Shown piece after piece: positions 1 to 9,617 of a stretch of 64,000 nt of DNA. The DNA lies in contig OZ242260.1 in the NCBI GenBank assembly GCA_965207065.1, forward strand, positions 3,488,001-3,552,000, given 5' to 3'. Below the pieces are notes generated by a model that was not told the DNA's origin, did not search any database, and saw nothing but the letters and a program-made list of their open reading frames with translations. How positions within the stretch are numbered: position 1 is the stretch's first letter; every line of letters begins with the position of its first letter. A program made the translations under genes and the position numbers. This stretch comes from a bacterium. GTDB taxonomy: Bacteria > UBA8248.

Positions 1-1
1 C

Positions 2-256
2 GTAGAACAGCGCGGCCGAAGCCATGCAGCCGACCAGCAGCCATTTCCCCCCGCCGTAGGAGTCGATGATGTAGCCCGTCCCCACGCTGCTGAAAGCGCT
101 CATCACCGCTCTGCCCGTAAAAAGAAGTCCTACCTGGGTGAGCGTGAGGCCCAGATCCGCCGTCAAGTAAGGGAGTACGGGGCCCAGAACACCCTGGAAC
201 CAGTGTTCACAGGCGTGACCGGTAGTGAGCAGGGCAAGGAGTTGCCATTTCTTCAA
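2..256 (-). CDS. MFS transporter, N-terminal part (runs off window start)
   Basis: Manual translation from TTG at 256: KKWQLLALLTTGHACEHWFQGVLGPVLPYLTADLGLTLTQVGLLFTGRAVMSAFSSVGTGYIIDSYGGGKWLLVG. Typical MFS TM1-TM2 plus a motif-A-like G-x3-D-x2-G. Confidence 0.75.
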   Translation of the reverse strand, partial: MKKWQLLALLTTGHACEHWFQGVLGPVLPYLTADLGLTLTQVGLLFTGRAVMSAFSSVGTGYIIDSYGGGKWLLVGCMASAALFY

Positions 257-552
257 GGTTTAGTGTCTTTCATGGCAATCAAATCATTCGATACCGAGAT
301 GAACAATCCTAGCATTTTGACAAGAGCAGGCATAGGTGAGGAACAGCCACAAGCAACCCTTTCACGAAAACGGGCTTTTCAGTGCAGATGTTTTTTCCGG
401 CCCTGTGACAGAGGTGAACCATTCGGTTCAATAAATATGCCAAAACAATATGACTGAATCCTGAATTCCAATAAAAAAATGAAAATAAACCCCAAATCTT
501 TCGATTTTCATGTATTCTTATCCCCAAATGACGTATTTTCCCTTATTTGCTG

Positions 553-601
553 TTGACTCCCAGAAACAACAGACGTAATCTCACTGGTAGGACAATCCTA
601 C
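553..601 (+). promoter_or_regulatory. sigma70-like promoter (TTGACT-N17-TAATCT) and FadR-type operator
   Basis: TTGACT at 553-558 and TAATCT at 576-581, followed by TGGTAGGACAA and a perfect inverted repeat GTAGGA-CAA-TCCTAC (587-601). Resembles TGGT-N3-ACCA FadR-family boxes. Confidence 0.55.
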
Positions 602-665
602 AACCACCAAAGTTGGAACTGGGGTAACAGTCGATCTGAAGAAAACCGAATCTGGAGAACCTGCT

Positions 666-1373
666 GTGGCCATCAGCGACAGACTGCAGACGGTAAAGAA
701 GACGCGCGTCTACGAGGCAATCGTCGCACAGCTCACTTCCTTGATCCTGGAAGGCGAGATCAAGCCGGGCGAGAAACTGCCGTCGGAGCGCGAGTTGTGC
801 GAGCAATTCGGCGTGGGGCGTAATTCCGTCCGCGAAGCAACGCGCTCTCTTGAATCCGCCAGGCTGGTGGAGACGAGGCAAGGGGAGGGCACGTTCGTCA
901 CGGCGCATCCGGAATCCATGGTTCATGTAATTTCCGCAAAAGTCACCTCAGATGCGGAAAGCGGCATCAACCATCTTTTCGAGGCGCGCATGGTTCTTGA
1001 GCCTCAAATCGCCGCCCTGGCCGCCGAGCGTGCAACGCCCGCGGAACTCGAGGAACTCGAGGACTCGCTCCGCCGACAGCATGGCGCAGTAGAAGGTGGC
1101 GGCCTGGGCCTCGAAGAAGATACCCAGTTCCACCTGGGACTCGCAGAGGCCGCCAAGAATCAATTCCTTCACCATCTGCTCAGTAGCCTGCTCAATTCTC
1201 TGAGCGAGATGCGCGAACGCTCGCTCGGTCGTGACGAAAGCGCTCGCTTCCGCTCTTGGGAAGCGCACCAGAAGATACTCGATGCCGTCAGCAACAAAGA
1301 CCAGAACAAGGCCGTGGCGGGCATGATCAGCCACCTGGTCGATATTAAAGGCAGTGAGGTCGTATCCAGGTGA
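666..1373 (+). CDS. GntR/FadR-family transcriptional regulator (PdhR/LldR/GlcC-like)
   Basis: wHTH PGEKLPSERELCEQFGVGRNSVREA plus FCD domain (LFEARMVLE, DTQFH). Confidence 0.93.
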   Translation: MAISDRLQTVKKTRVYEAIVAQLTSLILEGEIKPGEKLPSERELCEQFGVGRNSVREATRSLESARLVETRQGEGTFVTAHPESMVHVISAKVTSDAESGINHLFEARMVLEPQIAALAAERATPAELEELEDSLRRQHGAVEGGGLGLEEDTQFHLGLAEAAKNQFLHHLLSSLLNSLSEMRERSLGRDESARFRSWEAHQKILDAVSNKDQNKAVAGMISHLVDIKGSEVVSR

Positions 1374-1480
1374 AACCGGAATATCGGGGAAAATGGAATT
1401 CTTGTGAACCGAATTTGAGGAAATACCGCCTTTAGGTTAAAAAGTCAGCTTCTTCAACTCCAAAGTGGGGGGTACCGAAT

Positions 1481-2668
1481 GTGAGTGTCATATCGTTTGA
1501 AGTGATTTACAGAGGAATATTTCAGAAAAGCCTTGCGGTGAAAATTTCGCGGACGTTGATTCTCGCGGCCGTGAAAGAAGGGAAGCCGGGCATCTCCTTC
1601 GGGCGCTACAGCGACTCGCCCGAGCGCAACGGGATTCCGGCCAAGCAGTTCGGCTACATCGCGGACAACGAGGAAGAGCTCGAGACCGTGGCGGCGCAAT
1701 ACGAGCCCAAACAGGTGGACATCTCCATCTGCGTGGACGACACGCTGTGCAAGGGCGTGGAATCGTGGGCATGGTACGGGCTTCAGCCCATCAACGCCGT
1801 CACCAAGCCCGGCGGCACGCTTATCGTCACGTCCAACCAGAAAGAAGACGAACTCGTCCAGCACATCCACCGCAGAGAAACGCCCTACAAACTCGCCATC
1901 ATCCCCGGTGAGGCGAGTTTTGCGGGTCTTTGGGTCTACAAGGACGACGGCACCGACGCGCGCTGTCTGGCCGCGGCGCTCAAGGCCGAGCCCACCATGT
2001 GTTCGATAGCCTCTCTGGAATCGGCCATCCGCGAGAACATCGGTTCTGAAACGCACGTCGAAGCCGCGAGAGAAGTTTATGAAGACCTGCGTCCGGTCGA
2101 GATAGAGCCGGGCCAGGGCAACGATGAAGTTCCCTTCACGTTCGAACTCCTCAAATGGCACGAAATGCGCCAGGGCGTCGTCATCGACGGCGTGGGCGGC
2201 CACGAGGGCTTCCGAGGCGGCGAGGGCGGCTACGAGCCGGGGCGAAACCCCTACTTCAAGAAGTGGTCGACCCGCACCATGCGTCCGGTCGTCTCGTTCG
2301 AAAAATGCACGAAGTGCACGCTGTGCTGGGTTGCATGCCCGGACACCTGTTTCGACGTCACTCCGGACGGCTTCTTCGATGCCAACATGGAGGCCTGCTG
2401 CGGCTGCGGCGTGTGCGAGGCCATCTGCCCCGTCAAGGACTGCATCACGATGGTGAACGAAGTCGTTTTTGATGAGCGCGAGAGCCAGTGGCAGATGTGG
2501 CAGGAGAACAAGGAAGATTACGACAAGTACATGGACGAGAAAATCACCACCGGCAAGATAGACGGTCGTCATCCGATCACCGGCCTTGCGGGAGCATTCT
2601 CGGGCATAGGCCTCGAAACAGGTCACAATCCCGAAACGGCGAAAATCAAACCTCTAAAAGATCTTTAA
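1481..2668 (+). CDS. 2-oxoacid:ferredoxin oxidoreductase gamma/delta fusion subunit (oxalate oxidoreductase delta-like), 2x[4Fe-4S]
   Basis: POR-gamma-like N-terminus lacking the GxGGQG loop. C-terminal CTKCTLCWVACP and CCGCGVCEAICP. Confidence 0.88.
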   Translation: MSVISFEVIYRGIFQKSLAVKISRTLILAAVKEGKPGISFGRYSDSPERNGIPAKQFGYIADNEEELETVAAQYEPKQVDISICVDDTLCKGVESWAWYGLQPINAVTKPGGTLIVTSNQKEDELVQHIHRRETPYKLAIIPGEASFAGLWVYKDDGTDARCLAAALKAEPTMCSIASLESAIRENIGSETHVEAAREVYEDLRPVEIEPGQGNDEVPFTFELLKWHEMRQGVVIDGVGGHEGFRGGEGGYEPGRNPYFKKWSTRTMRPVVSFEKCTKCTLCWVACPDTCFDVTPDGFFDANMEACCGCGVCEAICPVKDCITMVNEVVFDERESQWQMWQENKEDYDKYMDEKITTGKIDGRHPITGLAGAFSGIGLETGHNPETAKIKPLKDL

Positions 2669-2681
2669 CAGGAGCTAAAAG

Positions 2682-3899
2682 ATGGCGACAGCAACCGAAC
2701 AACAACAAGGTGCGGGAGTTCATCTCCTCACCGGGAGCGAGGTCATGGCGCATATCTGCCGCCTCGCCGACGTCGATGTCATCACGGCCTATCCCATTCG
2801 GCCGTATGACACCGTGATGCAGTACGTTTCCAAGTTCATCGCCGAGGGCGATTTCGACGCCGACTATATTCCGGCGGAAAGCGAACACGGCCAGTTCGAG
2901 ATCGTCAAACACGCCTCGGCCTGCGGAGCGCGCGTGTTCACCGGTTCGAGCGGCGTGGGCTGGCTCTATGCGATGGAGCCGCTCGCCGTTACGGCCGGCC
3001 TGAGACTGCCCATGGTGGCCCTTGTCGGCTGCCGCGCACTCGATGACCCCGGCGCATTCGGCACCGAACACAACGACGCCATGCTCGTCCGTGATCTGGG
3101 CTGGATGATCAATTTCCCGGACACGGCGCAGGAAGTCATCGAACTCGGTCTTCTGGCGTATCGCGTTGCCGAGGACCCGAGAGTCTATCTGCCGTGCGCC
3201 ATCGCAATGGACGGCGCGTTCCTGACGCACAGCCAGGCGACGGTGCGGCTGCCGGGCCAGGATGAAGTCAACGCGTTCCTGCCTCCCTACGACAGGGGAG
3301 ACCTGCTGCTTCATCCGGACAACCCCATCACCATCGCGCCACAAGCCAACGAGGACTGGCTCATGGAAGTGAGACGCCAAAGCAGCGAGGCGGCGAAAAA
3401 CTCCTACACCGTGCTCAAGGAAGCCCACGCAGATTTCAGTAAAATTTTCGGTACAAACACGAACCCCTTCCTCGATGAGTATATGACCGAGGATGCCGAC
3501 GTCGTGCTGTGCGGCGTAGGAACACTGAGTCTGCCAGTGAAAGTCGCCATTCGCGAAATGCGCAAGGAAGGCAAGAAAGTCGGTATGGTTCGCCTGAAAT
3601 GGTTCCGCCCCTTCCCGACGGAAGAGTTGCGCGAATCGCTCTCGCGCTTCAAGGCGGTGGGCGTCATCGACCGGGACTATTCCTTTGGTTCACCCTATCA
3701 CGGTGGTATCGTGTATAATGAAATTAAAGCCGCCATGTACGGGGCGGACAAGGTGCCTCACATGAAAGGATTCGTCTGCGGCCTCGGGGGCCGTGAGGTG
3801 CTGCTCGAAGACGTCAAACAGATGGCCGACAAGGTCATTTCCATGGGTCAGAACGATGCGGCCGACAACGAAGTCGACTGGATCGGCGTGAGGGGATAA
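2682..3899 (+). CDS. 2-oxoacid:ferredoxin oxidoreductase alpha subunit (oxalate oxidoreductase-like)
   Basis: AYPIRP, ESEH, VFTGSSGVG and FRPFP motifs. Confidence 0.9.
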   Translation: MATATEQQQGAGVHLLTGSEVMAHICRLADVDVITAYPIRPYDTVMQYVSKFIAEGDFDADYIPAESEHGQFEIVKHASACGARVFTGSSGVGWLYAMEPLAVTAGLRLPMVALVGCRALDDPGAFGTEHNDAMLVRDLGWMINFPDTAQEVIELGLLAYRVAEDPRVYLPCAIAMDGAFLTHSQATVRLPGQDEVNAFLPPYDRGDLLLHPDNPITIAPQANEDWLMEVRRQSSEAAKNSYTVLKEAHADFSKIFGTNTNPFLDEYMTEDADVVLCGVGTLSLPVKVAIREMRKEGKKVGMVRLKWFRPFPTEELRESLSRFKAVGVIDRDYSFGSPYHGGIVYNEIKAAMYGADKVPHMKGFVCGLGGREVLLEDVKQMADKVISMGQNDAADNEVDWIGVRG

Positions 3900-3901
3900 T
3901 C

Positions 3902-4930
3902 ATGGCAGAAACCTCAGAATACAACATCGGAACACAGGAACTTCCCTTGATGGGGAAGGTGAACGCCATTCCCGAGAAAGCGGTGGAAGAGTATTTCACC
4001 AGCGGGCACAGGACGTGCCAAGGCTGTGAGAGCGCCCTCATCATGCGCCTCATGGCCAAGGCGGCCGGCCCTCGCTCCATCATCCTGGGCAGCACGGGCT
4101 GTATGTACGTGGCGAACACCACCTACTACAGCACCCCCTGGGTGGTGCCGTGGATGCACACGCAGCTCGGTTCTTCGGGGTCTGCGGCCACGGGGACGGC
4201 GGCGGCGCTGCGCGCGCTGATGCGCAAGGGCAAGATGAAGGAAGAGCCGATCAACGTCATCGCCTTCTGCGGAGACGGCGGCGGCATCGACATGGGCGTC
4301 TCGTCCATATCGGCGGCGCTCATGCACGCGAAGTACAACCTGGCGATCATCTGCTACGACAACGAGTCGTACGCGAACACCGACATCCAGATTTCGGGCG
4401 CATCCCCCTGGGGCGCGAACACGACGTTCACGCCTCCGGGCAAGAAGTTCCGCATCATGCACGATTGCTGGAAGAAGAACATCGCCGCCATGTATGCGGT
4501 CGGCCATACGCGCTGCAACTACGTGGCCACGGCGGACGCTTCCTACCCGGCGGACCTGATCGACAAGGTGCGCAAGGCGCTGGCCGTGAAGGGACCTGCG
4601 TTCGTGCACACGCTGGACCCGTGCCCGAAGGGGTGGGACTACGACCCGTTCTACTCCCATAAGCTGGGCGAGCTGGCCGTGGAAACGGGTCTCTTCCCGC
4701 TATGGGAGATGACGGACGGGGCCCTCACCTACACGGGCATCTCCGCCCGACAGGTGTACGGCAAGCGTGGCCGCAAGCCGGTGCGAGAATACCTGGAAAC
4801 GCAGGGCCGCTTCCACCACTTCGTAGAGGAAGACTACGAATACTTCCAGAGCGAAGTGGACAAGATGTGGGACGACTGGATGGTGCCCGGCGTGATCCCC
4901 TTCAAGGTGAACGACCCGAGCAAGAAGTAG
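3902..4930 (+). CDS. 2-oxoacid:ferredoxin oxidoreductase beta subunit (TPP and [4Fe-4S] binding; oxalate oxidoreductase-like)
   Basis: GHRTCQGC, TGCMYVANT, GDGG...DNESYANT TPP motif, PCPKGW. Confidence 0.9.
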   Translation: MAETSEYNIGTQELPLMGKVNAIPEKAVEEYFTSGHRTCQGCESALIMRLMAKAAGPRSIILGSTGCMYVANTTYYSTPWVVPWMHTQLGSSGSAATGTAAALRALMRKGKMKEEPINVIAFCGDGGGIDMGVSSISAALMHAKYNLAIICYDNESYANTDIQISGASPWGANTTFTPPGKKFRIMHDCWKKNIAAMYAVGHTRCNYVATADASYPADLIDKVRKALAVKGPAFVHTLDPCPKGWDYDPFYSHKLGELAVETGLFPLWEMTDGALTYTGISARQVYGKRGRKPVREYLETQGRFHHFVEEDYEYFQSEVDKMWDDWMVPGVIPFKVNDPSKK

Positions 4931-4964
4931 GGATTCAGGGAGCAAGTTTTCGGCAAGTTTCTTG

Positions 4965-4993
4965 GCGGGGCCTTTCGGGGCCCCGCTCTTTTT
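4965..4993 (+). terminator. Rho-independent terminator after the oxidoreductase operon
   Basis: GCGGGGCCT-TTCG-GGGCCCCGC followed by TCTTTTT. Confidence 0.8.
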
Positions 4994-5030
4994 CGCTCAT
5001 GCCTGAGCGTATGAATCCAAAGAGACGAAG

Positions 5031-5930
5031 ATGAATGAAGTGACGGAAACAAAAAGAGGGAAGGACGAAGCCGCGATGGTGTTCGTGCCCGCCGGGTCCT
5101 TCCTGATGGGTTCCGAGACCGGAAACGCGGATGAGCGCCCCCAGCGCGAAGTCACGCTCGATGCTTTCTGGATCGACAAATACTGCGTGACGAACGCGCA
5201 GTACCGCGCCTTCCTGGAGGAGACCGAGGCGTTTCCCCCGCCTCCCTCATTCACGAGGGATGATTTCGTGGGGCCGGAGCAGCCCATCGTCAGCATCAGC
5301 TGGGAGGAGGCGGACGCCTACGCCAAGTGGGTGGGCAAGCGCCTGCCGACCGAGGCGGAATGGGAAAAGGCTGCCCGCGGGACGGATGGCCGAAAGTATC
5401 CATGGGGGGAGGAGGAGCCCTCTCACGCGCGAGCCGTCTATGCGAGCACGGAGAAGGATATTAGCCGCCCCAGCAATGTGAGCGATTTCGATGAAAGCGC
5501 ATCCCCTTACAATTGCGTGCAGATGGCCGGGAACGTTTTCGAGTGGGTGGCGGACTGGTTTGACGGGTTTTATTACCAGACGGGTCCGGCGGAGAATCCG
5601 AAAGGACTCGAAAAGCCTACGTTCGAGGTGGCGATGGCGAAAGTGCCCGTGTTCGCCGTGCCGGGCGGGGGAAACCTGAGCCTGGGCGAAGTAAAACGCG
5701 GCGAGCGCTACGAAATCCTGCTGCGAGACGAGGACAGCTACAAGATTCGCTTCGGGAACACCGAGGGCTGGCTCCCGCGCAGGGCAGGGTACGCCTGGAC
5801 CGCCAAGGTCGCCCGGGGCTGTGGGTGGGATTACATAGAGGACAGTCTCAGGTGTTCGGCCAGAGAAGGTTTCGAGCCCTGGTATAAGAATTTCAACATC
5901 GGTTTCCGCTGCGCGGTAGACTCCGAATAA
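5031..5930 (+). CDS. SUMF1/FGE-sulfatase (formylglycine-generating enzyme fold) protein with inserted SH3b-like segment
   Basis: F-x-MGS, VTNAQY, RLPTEAEWEKAARG, MAGNVFEWV and GFRC motifs. Extra ~55 aa between NPKG and KVARG. Confidence 0.85.
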   Translation: MNEVTETKRGKDEAAMVFVPAGSFLMGSETGNADERPQREVTLDAFWIDKYCVTNAQYRAFLEETEAFPPPPSFTRDDFVGPEQPIVSISWEEADAYAKWVGKRLPTEAEWEKAARGTDGRKYPWGEEEPSHARAVYASTEKDISRPSNVSDFDESASPYNCVQMAGNVFEWVADWFDGFYYQTGPAENPKGLEKPTFEVAMAKVPVFAVPGGGNLSLGEVKRGERYEILLRDEDSYKIRFGNTEGWLPRRAGYAWTAKVARGCGWDYIEDSLRCSAREGFEPWYKNFNIGFRCAVDSE

Positions 5931-6084
5931 TCCATTCCTGTTTCGACAACCAAGGCAACGCTCCGATTTTGCAGATCACTCCGGCGTCCTGAGGGGTCGG
6001 GCGTCCCGAGGGGAATGCCCGATGAAAAAGCCGGAATATGACCTCTACAAACATCTCTCTCCATCAAGGAGAATTTTAAATCCA

Positions 6085-6360
6085 CTCCCCCTCAAGGGGT
6101 TGTTGAAAAAGTCTAATGCGAGAGAGTTTCGATTGTTGCAGGGACAGGTCGCGACCTGTCCCTACAGTTAGCGGCGTTCTCTTCTCGTGACCCACGACGA
6201 ATTAGGTTTTGTTCGTCATTCCGGCGTTACTACTGCTCCTGTTGTAGGGGTCGCATGTATGTCGGACATATATGTCCGACATACACACAAATTGACATCC
6301 TGACCAACAAGGGGCGTGTCGAAGCCCGATAGGAGGACAGGCACGGAGGCCTCGAACAGG
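6085..6360. repeat. Cluster of REP-like palindromes with one TGTTGAAAAA terminus
   Basis: CTCCCCCTCAAGGGGTTGTTGAAAAA, GCAGGGACAGGTCGCGACCTGTCCCTAC, GTCATTCCGGC, GTAGGGGTCGCATG and GGACAGGCACGGAGGCC. Each recurs elsewhere in the window. Confidence 0.75.
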
Positions 6361-6495
6361 CGCAGGGGGCTGTCCGCTACAAAACCATCGAACCCACCCG
6401 CGCCGCTCGGAATTCCTCTCAGCAGCCGCTCGAACCTCCATACCGCACGGAGCCGAAACAGGCTCTTCGAACAACACCCCAGACGAACGATTCGA

Positions 6496-8022
6496 TCAGG
6501 CGGAAGTGCCTGCGCGGGAAACCTTGAATTTGAAGATCATCGGCACGAGCGGCAGGACGAACAAGACGGCGGAAAGCATCATCAAAGCCGCGGCTATCGG
6601 GTGGCCTGCGAAATCGAAAAAGATTCCGGGGCTCCCGTGGCTCATGATCATGCTCTGGCGGAAGGTGCGTTCCGTCAAACCTCCGAGGACCAAAGCCAGC
6701 ACCATCGGGGCGAGGGGATAGTCGAGCTTGCGGAAAATGTAGCCGACAGCACCGAATATGAACATCAGATATACGTCGAACATATCCTGCGTCGGCGAGA
6801 AACCGCCCACCGCGCAGACGACCAAAATGATCGGGGCGAGAATCGTCATGGGCATCCGGAGCATCCAGATGAAGAGGGGAACGGCGAAAATGGCGACGAT
6901 GACCGCCATCGTGTTCGCGATGTAGAGGCTCCCCGTAAGGCCCCAGACGAACTCCGCGTTTTCGACGAACAGCCGGGGACCCGGCACGAGTCCCCATACG
7001 AACAAGGCGCCGAGCATCACCGCCGTGGTCGGGGAACCGGGAATGCCCAGCGTCAGCATGGGGAGCATGGAGCCCGTGCTCGCCGCGTTGTTGGCGCACT
7101 CGGGCGCGGCGACCCCCTCGATGGTTCCCTTGCCGAATTCCTCCGGTTTTTTCGCAAACCGCTTCGCGATGCTGTAGCTCATGAAACTCGCAGGCGTGGC
7201 GCCCGCGGCGGGGAGCATGCCGACGAAAAATCCCAGGAAAGAACCTCGCAAAATGGTGGGGGTGTATTGCGTGAGGTTCTTGAGTGTCGCGAAGATTTCT
7301 TTGATGCCGAGTTTCGCCTGGTATCTCTCTTTCGTCTTGAACCCTTCTTCGAGGGTGTAGAAAATTTCCCCGACGCCGTAGATGCCGATGGCCAGCACGA
7401 GGAAATTGATGCCGTGATAGAAGCCCGTGATGCCCCCGAAAATCAGGCGCGGCGAGCCGCTCACGATGTCGGTGCCCACGGTGGACATGAGGAGGCCGAT
7501 CATGGTGGCGATAATGGTTTTGAGGGGGCTTTCCCCGCCCAGTCCCGCGAAGGTGGCGTACGCCAGCAGCACGACGGCGAATTCTTCGGGCGGGCCGAAA
7601 CGCAAGGCGAACTCGGCCAGGGGCGGGGCGAAGAAGGTAAACAGGACGATGGATATCGTCCCGCCGATGAAACTGGCCACCGCGGCCGTCACAAGGGCAT
7701 CGGCGGCTTTCCCCCTTCTCGCCAGCGGGTAACCGTCGAAAGTGGTCGCGACGGCCGTGGAGGCTCCCGGAATATTCAGCGTGATGGAGCTGATGGCGCC
7801 GCCGTACATGGCGCCGTAATAGATGGCGGCCAGGAAGATGATGGCGCTCGTGGGTGGAACGGCGAACGTGATGGGCAGGAGGATGGCGACGCCGTTCACC
7901 GAACCCAGCCCGGGCATCGCGCCGATGGCGACGCCCAGGACGACGCCGAACAGCGCCATCAAGAGATTTTGCGGCGAGAGCGCAATGCCCAGCCCGTAGA
8001 ATAGATTACCGAGAATTTCCAA
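6496..8022 (-). CDS. tctA: Tripartite tricarboxylate transporter large permease TctA
   Basis: GAMPGLG, YYGAMYGGAISSITLNIPG, PECANNA and TLGIPGS signatures. Confidence 0.93.
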   Translation of the reverse strand: MEILGNLFYGLGIALSPQNLLMALFGVVLGVAIGAMPGLGSVNGVAILLPITFAVPPTSAIIFLAAIYYGAMYGGAISSITLNIPGASTAVATTFDGYPLARRGKAADALVTAAVASFIGGTISIVLFTFFAPPLAEFALRFGPPEEFAVVLLAYATFAGLGGESPLKTIIATMIGLLMSTVGTDIVSGSPRLIFGGITGFYHGINFLVLAIGIYGVGEIFYTLEEGFKTKERYQAKLGIKEIFATLKNLTQYTPTILRGSFLGFFVGMLPAAGATPASFMSYSIAKRFAKKPEEFGKGTIEGVAAPECANNAASTGSMLPMLTLGIPGSPTTAVMLGALFVWGLVPGPRLFVENAEFVWGLTGSLYIANTMAVIVAIFAVPLFIWMLRMPMTILAPIILVVCAVGGFSPTQDMFDVYLMFIFGAVGYIFRKLDYPLAPMVLALVLGGLTERTFRQSMIMSHGSPGIFFDFAGHPIAAALMMLSAVLFVLPLVPMIFKFKVSRAGTSA

Positions 8023-8103
8023 TGTATTCGGCCCTTAGGACGAAACTTGCCCCCACGACTACAGCAATTTCCCTGAACTATGGGCAAAGTAAACGGTGAA
8101 TAA

Positions 8104-8595
8104 TCAGTTCCAGTAAAACAGAAACTCCGCATACCCCTTCGGCAAAGGGATAATCAGGAATTTCTCGAAAATGTAATACACCACGACCGGGACGCCTACC
8201 GATACGCCGACGCTCGTTCTGAGATTGTGCCCCCCGACCAGGAACAAACAATAAAAGATGAAAAGAGCCGCCGAGAAATACACCGAGATAATGCCGATCA
8301 AGAGAATCATGATCATGCCGGGCAGGCCGACCCGCAAGAGATCGCCCAGACCCTCCCGGCTCATGAAGACCCCTGCATCACTGGCAGATGATTTATCCCG
8401 ACGAGCGGAAACCAGCGACTGAATCAATACCATCAACGACACGACGGCGATTCCCAAAGAGAGCCAGAAGGGGAGGAATCCCCCTCCTGGCCCTTCTTTC
8501 GGTAGAATGCCGACAGGCAGTTCCGTAGATTTCCAGGCGACGCCGAGACTGACGAGAATCAGCCCGATGGCGACTATCCTATCCGCCCGCTGCAT
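8104..8595 (-). CDS. tctB: Tripartite tricarboxylate transporter small subunit TctB
   Basis: Four TM segments, GPGGGFLP, C-terminal LPKG, position between tctC and tctA. Confidence 0.85.
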   Translation of the reverse strand: MQRADRIVAIGLILVSLGVAWKSTELPVGILPKEGPGGGFLPFWLSLGIAVVSLMVLIQSLVSARRDKSSASDAGVFMSREGLGDLLRVGLPGMIMILLIGIISVYFSAALFIFYCLFLVGGHNLRTSVGVSVGVPVVVYYIFEKFLIIPLPKGYAEFLFYWN

Positions 8596-8612
8596 CTAAA
8601 TTCTTCTCCAGG

Positions 8613-9617
8613 CTAATTCTTCAGCAAACCCATACCCATGAGCAGCTTCTTGTGCTTGGCGTCCTCGGAGGCGAAGAACTTGCCCAGCGGGGAGCCAGTC
8701 AGACAAGCGCGATTCAGCGCCTTCTTTTGCGTATAGGTTTTCCATTCCCCGGAAGCGCACAACTTGGAGAATAAATCGCTATACCATTTCAGGGCATCCT
8801 TGGGGATGCCGCCGGGCGCGGTGATGCTGCGCTGCATGAAATACACGAGTTGCGGCTGGCCCATTTCCTTGAAAGTGGGCACTTCCTTGAAAGCGGGGAT
8901 CCGCTCAGGCGTCAGCGCGGCTATCGGCCGCATTTTGCCGGGATAGTGCGGCAGACCCTCGGAGGGGTTGTTTACCGTCGAGTCGACGTGTCCGCCGGCG
9001 AGGTTTTTCGCCACGGTGCCGCCGCCCCGGAAGGGAACGTAGGTGATCATGCCTTTCAGGCCGTAGGCCTGCATGAGCATATTTGTGACGAGCTGGTCTT
9101 CCTGCATTTTGCCCGTGCCGCCCATGGTCCACTTGCCCTTTTTGGCTTTCACGGCCTTCACGAAATCCTCCATGTTCTTGATTCCCGATTTCGGATTGAC
9201 CCAAAGCAGGAACGTGTCCATGGCTAGGCGGTAGACCGGCGTGAGTTTCGTATAGTTCACCGGAAGTTTCCGCAGGGCGGGCGTGGTGAAGAAGCTGTTG
9301 AGCGTCACGAGAATGACGTGGGGATTTCCTTTTTTCGAGAGCAGGTAGAGCATCGCCTCGGCGCCCGAGCCGCCTTTCTTGTTGATCGGCACGAGGGGCT
9401 GCGGCGACCATTTGTTCTGGGTGACGATTTTCTGCATGAGGCGGGCGATGCGGTCCGCGCCGCCTCCTTTACCCGCCATGATGACGAACTCGATCGGCCG
9501 CGTCGGCTTCCATGCAGCAAGGGCCTGTGTGGTCCCCAGCGCAACGACGATAAACAAAGTCAGCGCGAGGGTGAGGAACGGAATAGCGCGTCTTGATGCT
9601 TTCAGCGATTTCATCAT
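8613..9617 (-). CDS. tctC: Tripartite tricarboxylate transporter substrate-binding protein (Bug/TctC)
   Basis: Signal peptide, P-x-RPIEFVI-x-AGKGGGAD-x-AR, VPFRGGG. Confidence 0.9.
   Translation of the reverse strand: MMKSLKASRRAIPFLTLALTLFIVVALGTTQALAAWKPTRPIEFVIMAGKGGGADRIARLMQKIVTQNKWSPQPLVPINKKGGSGAEAMLYLLSKKGNPHVILVTLNSFFTTPALRKLPVNYTKLTPVYRLAMDTFLLWVNPKSGIKNMEDFVKAVKAKKGKWTMGGTGKMQEDQLVTNMLMQAYGLKGMITYVPFRGGGTVAKNLAGGHVDSTVNNPSEGLPHYPGKMRPIAALTPERIPAFKEVPTFKEMGQPQLVYFMQRSITAPGGIPKDALKWYSDLFSKLCASGEWKTYTQKKALNRACLTGSPLGKFFASEDAKHKKLLMGMGLLKN

Noticed and set aside
5800-5930. FGE/CLec C-terminus as a diversity-generating retroelement variable region
   Set aside because: No template repeat or reverse transcriptase in the window, and the codon pattern is not diagnostic. 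A remote DGR cannot be excluded.
6316-8004. 562-aa plus-strand ORF and other long antisense ORFs (e.g. 1454-2626, 10909-12156, 19390-20556, 52754-54052)
   Set aside because: Shadow ORFs opposite well-supported genes, expected in high-GC coding sequence, with no recognisable motifs.
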